A DNA stretch of 31,473 bases from Myxococcota bacterium (GTDB taxonomy: Bacteria; Myxococcota_A; UBA796; CAJQPC01): NCBI GenBank assembly GCA_036012755.1, contig DASCPX010000102.1, positions 1 to 31,473 of the forward strand. Direction: 5' to 3'. Both the position numbers and the translations under genes were made by a program. A model generated the notes under the pieces. That model was not told the DNA's origin. It was given only the letters and a program-made list of their open reading frames with translations, and searched no databases. How positions within the stretch are numbered: position 1 is the first letter of the stretch; the number at the start of each line of letters is the position of its first letter. Below, one piece after another: positions 25,993-31,473 of the stretch.

Positions 25993-26900
25993 TTCTGGAC
26001 GAGCTGGCCTTCCTCCGCGTCCTCGACCTCGGTGTCGGCGTCGGGCGAGGCGGCGTCGACGAGCTCCGTTTCGGTCTCGGCCCCGGTATCGGTCTCGACA
26101 TTGGTCCCGACATTGGTCCCGATGTCGGCGTCCCTGGCCTCGCGGGCCGCCTTTGCCCGCTGAGCGTCGGCGACGCGCTCCTCGTAGAGGCCGAACATCG
26201 CCATCTCCATGACGGCGAGGACGAGGACGTCGAAGGTGCCGAAGACCACCACGCAGATGTGGGGGCTGATCTCGAAGTCGCCCAGGGTGATGCCGGCTTC
26301 GGCCTGGTACACGAACACGAGGAATGCCGGCAGGTACCAGATGGCGTAGGGCAGCCAGGCGCGCAGGATGCGTCCGCGGCGACCGCGGGTCAGCTTCGCG
26401 GAGCGCTTCAGCGGGCTCCTCGACTTGTCGTCCGTGGCGGTGATGGCGTCGACGAAGGCGTACTGCAGGCCGAAGAGGATGCCGGGCACGATGATGACCA
26501 TGCCGGCGGTGATGGTGAGGAAAGCCTTGGCGTGGGGACCGAACATGCGCCCGTAGCGCCCGACCGCCCAGTTCAGCGCCTTCTTCGCGCTGAAGTCCTG
26601 GCCCGTCGCGAACCGCCGCCAGGCGTAGATCGTGACAGCGTCGATGATCGGGAAGGTGATCGTGAACCAGATGGCGCCGACGAAGAGCTTGGTGAGCTCG
26701 CTGTAGATCAGCTGGGACTGCGGGTTCGTGGGGTCGGCGTGCGGGAGCGCCAGGACGCCGGCCTGCCACATGAGCCAGTGGCCGACGCCGCCAACGAGCA
26801 CCGCCAGCACGAACAGGACAGGGAAGGCCTTGCCCGTCCGGGCGAAGGAGAGGCCGAGGATGCCCAGGACATTGCTGGGGCTTGGCTTGTACGGGGACAT
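25989..26900 (-). CDS. Multi-pass membrane protein (~5 TM) with acidic low-complexity tail (303 aa)
   Basis: Hydrophobic segments, IIVPGILF...SPLKRSAKLTRGRRGRI pattern; 12-bp duplication (GTNV x2, 26098-26121); coupled to mfd. Confidence 0.75.
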   Translation of the reverse strand: MSPYKPSPSNVLGILGLSFARTGKAFPVLFVLAVLVGGVGHWLMWQAGVLALPHADPTNPQSQLIYSELTKLFVGAIWFTITFPIIDAVTIYAWRRFATGQDFSAKKALNWAVGRYGRMFGPHAKAFLTITAGMVIIVPGILFGLQYAFVDAITATDDKSRSPLKRSAKLTRGRRGRILRAWLPYAIWYLPAFLVFVYQAEAGITLGDFEISPHICVVVFGTFDVLVLAVMEMAMFGLYEERVADAQRAKAAREARDADIGTNVGTNVETDTGAETETELVDAASPDADTEVEDAEEGQLVQK

Positions 26901-26972
26901 CGGGGCGCTGCTAACTCCGCGAGGACGCTCAAACAAACGCGACCGGACCGGCCCGGACGATATGCTCACTGC

Positions 26973-28064
26973 ATGGGCAGAGACATCCTCGACATCGATA
27001 CGTCCTTCGCCCGCCGTTTCTTGCCCGAGCGGCTCGACCTCCACGACCTCGAGGCCGTCAGGCTGGTCCTCTCCGGGACCTCGGTCATCGACTGGCACAA
27101 GCTCGATCTCGACACGCTCGACAAGGTCGACGCCTACCTCCGCATCTCCCTGATCGACCCCGACGATCCAACCGACATGGAGCGGCTCCGCTTCGTCTTC
27201 CACCAGGCGATCAACTACCTCGAGGAGCACCACGCCGTCCGCTTCCCGAAGGAGCTTCGGAGTCCAGACGACGTCCGCGAGATCTTCATCGAGGCCTCGA
27301 CGTGGAAGGGACGCTTCCGGCGCAAGCAGTCCATCGCGTGCATGATCCTGAAGTTGATGCACACCATCAACCACATGGAGGCGGCGGACCTCAAGCACCG
27401 CCTCGCCATCAGCGAAGCAGAGCTCTTCGACCGCGCCGAGCAAGCGATCATCAAGCACGCAGACGCCATGCGACGCGAGGGCTACCCGCTGTTGGCCTTC
27501 TACGGCTCACGGAAGACGCGGACCTCTGTGATCAGCAAGCTCTTGTCGAAGCGGGAGTCGATCGCCGCCACGATCTTCGACAAGCTGCGCTTCCGCATCG
27601 TGGTGAGACACCCGGAGGAGGTCCTGCCGGCGCTCGCTCACCTCACGAAGACCTTGTTCCCCGTGAACTACGTCATCCCCGGCGAGAGCCACAACAACCT
27701 CGTGGACCTCCGCGCCCTGGCGAAGTCGAACAACCACGTCCGCGAGCTGTCGAAGAAGCTCCAGCGGCTGAAGGCGAAGGACCACGAACGAGAGCCGGCG
27801 AATCCACTGTCGGGCTCCGGCTACCGGATCGTCAACTGGATCATCGACTTCCCCGTGCGGGTCGACGATGTGCTCCCCGACACCCACGCGGCGGCCCCCT
27901 ACATGCTGGGTCGGATCGTCTACGTCATGGTCGAGTTCCAGGTGCTCGATCGCCAGACCGAGAAGCTCAACGACCAGGGCGAGAACTCCCACGACCACTA
28001 CAAGGACCGACAGAGGAAGGAGGTCGAGGGACGCCTGCTGAAGGGCAGCCTCCGCCGTCGCTAG
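26973..28064 (+). CDS. TIGR04552-like protein, RelA/SpoT-type nucleotidyltransferase fold (363 aa)
   Basis: LSGTSVIDWHKL, ACMILKLMHTINH, SRKTRTSVISKLLSKRESIAATIFDKLRFRIV, NYVIPGESHN, SGSGYR, VEFQVLD, GENSHDHYK. Confidence 0.8.
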   Translation: MGRDILDIDTSFARRFLPERLDLHDLEAVRLVLSGTSVIDWHKLDLDTLDKVDAYLRISLIDPDDPTDMERLRFVFHQAINYLEEHHAVRFPKELRSPDDVREIFIEASTWKGRFRRKQSIACMILKLMHTINHMEAADLKHRLAISEAELFDRAEQAIIKHADAMRREGYPLLAFYGSRKTRTSVISKLLSKRESIAATIFDKLRFRIVVRHPEEVLPALAHLTKTLFPVNYVIPGESHNNLVDLRALAKSNNHVRELSKKLQRLKAKDHEREPANPLSGSGYRIVNWIIDFPVRVDDVLPDTHAAAPYMLGRIVYVMVEFQVLDRQTEKLNDQGENSHDHYKDRQRKEVEGRLLKGSLRRR

Positions 28065-29077
28065 CGCTGGAAGGTCGAGTCGAAGAAGGCGATGATCTCG
28101 TCCTGCTCGTCCTCGTAGCCGTAGGGCACGGTCAGCACGGGGACCTCGGCGGCCTCCAGGTCGTTGATGCGGTCCGCGTAGGGGTGGAGCGCCGGGAGGG
28201 CCTGGTCGATGGCGAGGACGCCGCCGTTGACCTCGTCATAGTCGCTCTTCAGATCCGACACGTAGGCGTCCGGGGGGTGGACGCGGATGGCCAGGTTCGT
28301 CGCCGCGGAGCTGCCCGAGTGGCCGACGATCCCGACGTGCTCGATGTCCTCGAAGCGGTCGGCGAGGATGCGCCGGGCGAGCACCTGCTCGTAGATGCGG
28401 ATGCTCATGAGCGTGTAGCCCTCGAGCAACAGGGCCCTGGCGACTTCGTCCTCGTACTCGTCGGCCCCGTCGATGCGGAAGGTGACGTTCAGCGTGAGGT
28501 AGCCGGCCGCCGGGTAGTCGCGGCCACCCATGAAGTCGAGCACCGAGTCTCCCCACTGGTCGTGACCATGGAGGGGCAGGATGGCCGAGTCGACCGCCTC
28601 GTCGGGGACGAGGAGCCAGGCGAGCACCTCTCCGACGTAGGGATCCTCCAGGACGATCTGCTCCTCGGTGTAGCCCTCGTACTCGACACGGGAGACGACC
28701 GTGGCCGTCAGGGGGCGCTCGTCGAGACCGTCGTAGAGCAGGGCATCCAGGGGCGTCAGGGCATCCAGGATGACCTCGCCGAGCTCGGCCTCCGTCAGCT
28801 CGGCGCCGAGCTGCTCGACCTCGCCGGAGACCAGCGCGTCGAACTGGTCGGCGAGCTCCTCCTCGGTGATCGGGGTGCCGAGACCCGGAAGTCGGCCCGG
28901 CAACGCCAGGTAGTCCTCTACGCAGGCCAGGTAGGGCTCCGGACATGCCCAGTCCCTCCCGAGCTCCTCTCGCCAGACGATGGCCCCGAGGGGCGGGGCG
29001 TCCGTGTCCTCGGGGCGCGCGGTGTTTCCACTGGTCCCGAAGCCGGGCTCGCCAGCGGTGCATGCGAGGAGGAACAC
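28061..29077 (-). CDS. Acidic alpha/beta-hydrolase-fold lipoprotein (~338 aa)
   Basis: MFLLA|C; AWLLVP...LPLHGH; GIVGHSGSS elbow. Start inferred from TACGAT-6-GTG; ATG 29119 is the alternative. Confidence 0.65.
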   Translation of the reverse strand: MFLLACTAGEPGFGTSGNTARPEDTDAPPLGAIVWREELGRDWACPEPYLACVEDYLALPGRLPGLGTPITEEELADQFDALVSGEVEQLGAELTEAELGEVILDALTPLDALLYDGLDERPLTATVVSRVEYEGYTEEQIVLEDPYVGEVLAWLLVPDEAVDSAILPLHGHDQWGDSVLDFMGGRDYPAAGYLTLNVTFRIDGADEYEDEVARALLLEGYTLMSIRIYEQVLARRILADRFEDIEHVGIVGHSGSSAATNLAIRVHPPDAYVSDLKSDYDEVNGGVLAIDQALPALHPYADRINDLEAAEVPVLTVPYGYEDEQDEIIAFFDSTFQR

Positions 29078-29171
29078 CTCCCGATCGTAGACCAGAAAAC
29101 GGGACTGCGAGGGGGCCATGAGGGCGGTTGGGTAGGAAGGACCTGAGCCCCCTCGCAGTCACACGTCAGAG

Positions 29172-29636
29172 TCAGCGGCTGGTCAGGTCGCGAAGCTCCT
29201 CGAGGCTGTAGGCCTCTGGACCAGCCGGGGTTCCGTCGACAAAGCCGACGTGGGTGAGGTCGCGCCATGCGACGCCGTCCTCGAGGTGCAGGACACCCTG
29301 GGAGAGACCGACGACGCGGCCGGACTCGGCGACGAAGACCACCGTGTCCTCGCCGACGACCAGAGAGGGCGAGCCGGCCACGACGAGCTCGACGTCGCCA
29401 AGGCGACCGCCGGGCCAGCTGGCCTCGACCACGAGGTTCGGGTCACCGCGCAGCTGCTCATCGACGAGCACCGTGGCGACCGTCCAGGGGCTGCCATCGC
29501 GAACCTCTGTGCGGACGGCGAGCACCTCTCCTGCGACGACCGACTCCGAGCGCTCGCTCAGCTCCTCGATGGAGTAGGGGTGCGTAAAGAGGGTGGCCGA
29601 GGCCTGAGGGCCGAAGAGCCAGGCGGTCAACAGCAT
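29172..29636 (-). CDS. Exported OB-fold/NTR(TIMP-N)-like protein, partner of the matrixin (154 aa)
   Basis: SD GGAGG; SIEELSERSESVVAGEV...LRG...PGG...GSPSLVVGEDTVVF...VVGLSQG; overlaps the matrixin stop. Confidence 0.7.
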   Translation of the reverse strand: MLLTAWLFGPQASATLFTHPYSIEELSERSESVVAGEVLAVRTEVRDGSPWTVATVLVDEQLRGDPNLVVEASWPGGRLGDVELVVAGSPSLVVGEDTVVFVAESGRVVGLSQGVLHLEDGVAWRDLTHVGFVDGTPAGPEAYSLEELRDLTSR

Positions 29637-30325
29637 GTGGATCCTCCTTCCAGGGGATCGGACCGCCGCCGGAGCAGCATGAGGCCGAGAAGCCAGAAAC
29701 CGACGACCGGAGCGCTGGAGCAGCCCAGGGGCGTGGTCTCCTCCGGCTCTTCCGTGGGGTAGAGGTAGATGGCGCCGAGCTCGTCGAGGGCGTGCAGGTC
29801 TCGCTTGATCGTCTCGCCCCGCGGACTCGACGACCACATCGTCGCCTCGGTCTCCTGCAGCTCGTGACCGAGGCCGAGCACGTGGCCGAACTCGTGGGCC
29901 ATGGTGTTCTGGAGGTCTGTGAGGCCCGACTCACCGTCCAGGGACCACTCGTGATCGTGGGTGTTGATCGCCACGTCGAAGCTGATGATCTGCCCCTCCG
30001 AGGTCGACCAGTTCGAGGTCAGGGCGAGGAGCTCCGGATCGAGCTGCCAGTCGTCTCGGAAGTAGACCGTTGCCTGCCCGTCGTGGTCGGTGACCGCGAT
30101 GTCGGTCATGCTCACGTCGAACTCGATGTCCGTCGCGGGGACCTCGGCCCAGGCCATCGCAGCACGCCTGATGCTCGCCTCGACGCCAGCCTCGTCCAGC
30201 CCGGCTTCGTTGTCCGGGTTGATGCCGAACTCGATCGGCATGACCTGCCAGCGGATCTCGGACCCGCTGGTATTGCTCAAGGTCTCCCAGGCCTGGGCGC
30301 TGGCGCAGAACAGGACGATCAGCAC
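29627..30325 (-). CDS. Matrixin-family (M10) zinc metalloprotease with MYXO-CTERM-type tail (~232 aa)
   Basis: HEFGHVLGLGH, Met-turn ATMW, tail GCSSAPVVGFWLLGLMLLRRR; short signal MLIVLFCASAQA from GTG 30325. Confidence 0.88.
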   Translation of the reverse strand: MLIVLFCASAQAWETLSNTSGSEIRWQVMPIEFGINPDNEAGLDEAGVEASIRRAAMAWAEVPATDIEFDVSMTDIAVTDHDGQATVYFRDDWQLDPELLALTSNWSTSEGQIISFDVAINTHDHEWSLDGESGLTDLQNTMAHEFGHVLGLGHELQETEATMWSSSPRGETIKRDLHALDELGAIYLYPTEEPEETTPLGCSSAPVVGFWLLGLMLLRRRSDPLEGGSTCC

Positions 30326-30540
30326 AAGGCCGCCGGGAATGTGCGGAGCAGGAAGTGCGCGTCCCGTCGGATCTTCGAAAACGCGAGCGCCATAGCGCTG
30401 AAGACGATGCTGAAGGAATAGAGCACCAGAACCATGGAGCCTCCGTGTGGCCCTGGATGCGGAACTTCTGCCGTGTCTCTGAAGGGGGCGCGCTGTCACG
30501 ACTCCGAGAGGTGGATCGTCCTCGAGGACCAGCGCGTCGG

Positions 30541-30557
30541 GTAAACACCGTGTTTAC
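30541..30557. promoter_or_regulatory. Perfect 8-1-8 palindrome GTAAACAC-C-GTGTTTAC, candidate operator
   Basis: AT-rich inverted repeat in the divergent intergenic region between the matrixin and hydrolase genes. Confidence 0.55.
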
Positions 30558-30607
30558 ATCGCCCGGACATCCGTGGGATCGTGTGGTCGGCGCCGAAAAG
30601 AACCCCC

Positions 30608-31453
30608 ATGCTGCTGTTTGCGCTCTTGTCCTGCGAACGACAACTGGCACCTGTCGCCGACTCCGACCTTCGCCCGGAGGGCTCGCCAGACGTCCTCGTG
30701 ATCTCCGTCTCTGGCCACTGCACCTCTTGCGTAGGGTGGTCCTACAACGACGAGTACATGCTGGACCGCGGCACCCCAGGGGCCATCGCGACCGCCTTGC
30801 GGGAGCAGGGCCACCACGCCGAGATCTGGGACTACGCCGACGCCCTCTACACCTGGGAGTCCAGCCGCTCGGGCGAGGTCCTCGTCTGGGGCTTCCTCGA
30901 CCTCGTCGCGCACCTCGAGTGGGTCGAGGAGAACTGGATCGCCGAGTACGACAACCCGACTCGCGTGGTGGTGGTGGCGCACTCACACGGAGTCGTCTGG
31001 GCCCACTCGGCGCTGTTGGCCGCAGAGGGCGTCCCGGTCGAGGTGCTCGTCGACCTCGACGGCGTCTGCCTCTCGTGGGAGTCCGACGAATCCACGGTCG
31101 GCATTGGCGACGACTGGACAAGCGTCATCGATTCCCACGTCGCCGAGTACGGCGATCCCTGGTGGTTCGACCTCGCCGACGCCTGCGACTCCTGGGCCAT
31201 CCCCGGGCTGCAGAACCCCGCCGACATCGAGGACGTCGTGCCCGACAACGTGATCCTGAACCTGGAGGTGGGTTCCTCGGACTGGTTGCTGTACGACGCT
31301 CAGCACAACCGCCGCCTGGACGGCACGCAGACTGGCATCCACGGCTTCACGAGCGCCGAGAACCACGCGGGTCTCCTCAGACCGACGAGCGACGCGATGG
31401 AGTGGGTGGTCGCCCGCGTAGTCGACGCGCTAGCAGCAGAAGAGCCCCGCTGA
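30608..31453 (+). CDS. Alpha/beta-hydrolase-fold lipoprotein (281 aa)
   Basis: MLLFALLS|C; ISVSGH; VVVAHSHG nucleophile elbow; LVDLDG; C-terminal ENH. Confidence 0.7.
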   Translation: MLLFALLSCERQLAPVADSDLRPEGSPDVLVISVSGHCTSCVGWSYNDEYMLDRGTPGAIATALREQGHHAEIWDYADALYTWESSRSGEVLVWGFLDLVAHLEWVEENWIAEYDNPTRVVVVAHSHGVVWAHSALLAAEGVPVEVLVDLDGVCLSWESDESTVGIGDDWTSVIDSHVAEYGDPWWFDLADACDSWAIPGLQNPADIEDVVPDNVILNLEVGSSDWLLYDAQHNRRLDGTQTGIHGFTSAENHAGLLRPTSDAMEWVVARVVDALAAEEPR

Positions 31454-31473
31454 TGCCCGTCACGCACCCGCAG

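Noticed and set aside
25993..26769. 260-aa N-terminal extension of Mfd (1387-aa ORF)
   Set aside because: It is an Arg/His-rich alternate frame of the membrane-protein gene; GTG 25992 gives a normal-sized Mfd with a GTGA overlap.

Overview
High-GC chromosomal window, most likely from a Myxococcota (deltaproteobacterial) genome, judged from Agl-Glt genes, MYXO-CTERM-type tails and a TIGR04552-like gene. The left 12.3 kb (minus strand) is a single-locus Agl-Glt-type envelope machine. In transcription order it holds an exported beta-sandwich protein, a TPR/coiled-coil protein, gltD-, gltE- and gltF-like genes, an aglR/aglQ/aglS-like MotA/ExbB + 2x ExbD motor, and a gltG-like TonB-C transducer. 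It is preceded by co-oriented dacB and followed by an 87-bp REP-like tandem repeat. The rest holds a beta-barrel-fused SppA with a sigma54 response regulator, a broken J-domain-like gene, tRNA-Phe(GAA), glpK, a YARHG/MYXO-CTERM protein, mfd, a membrane protein, a TIGR04552-like RelA/SpoT-fold protein, two alpha/beta-hydrolase lipoproteins and a matrixin + OB-fold pair. Most notable: (i) the motor is embedded in the Glt cluster and one ExbD has Asn at the proton-carrying Asp position; (ii) many exported proteins have ultra-short, uncharged signal peptides (MFLLAC, MLLLLLGC); (iii) several genes look leaderless (TANNNT + 6-7 nt + start); (iv) a small ORF is coupled to gltG. No integrase, transposase or CRISPR array was seen. 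All calls come from motif recognition by eye; no searches were run.
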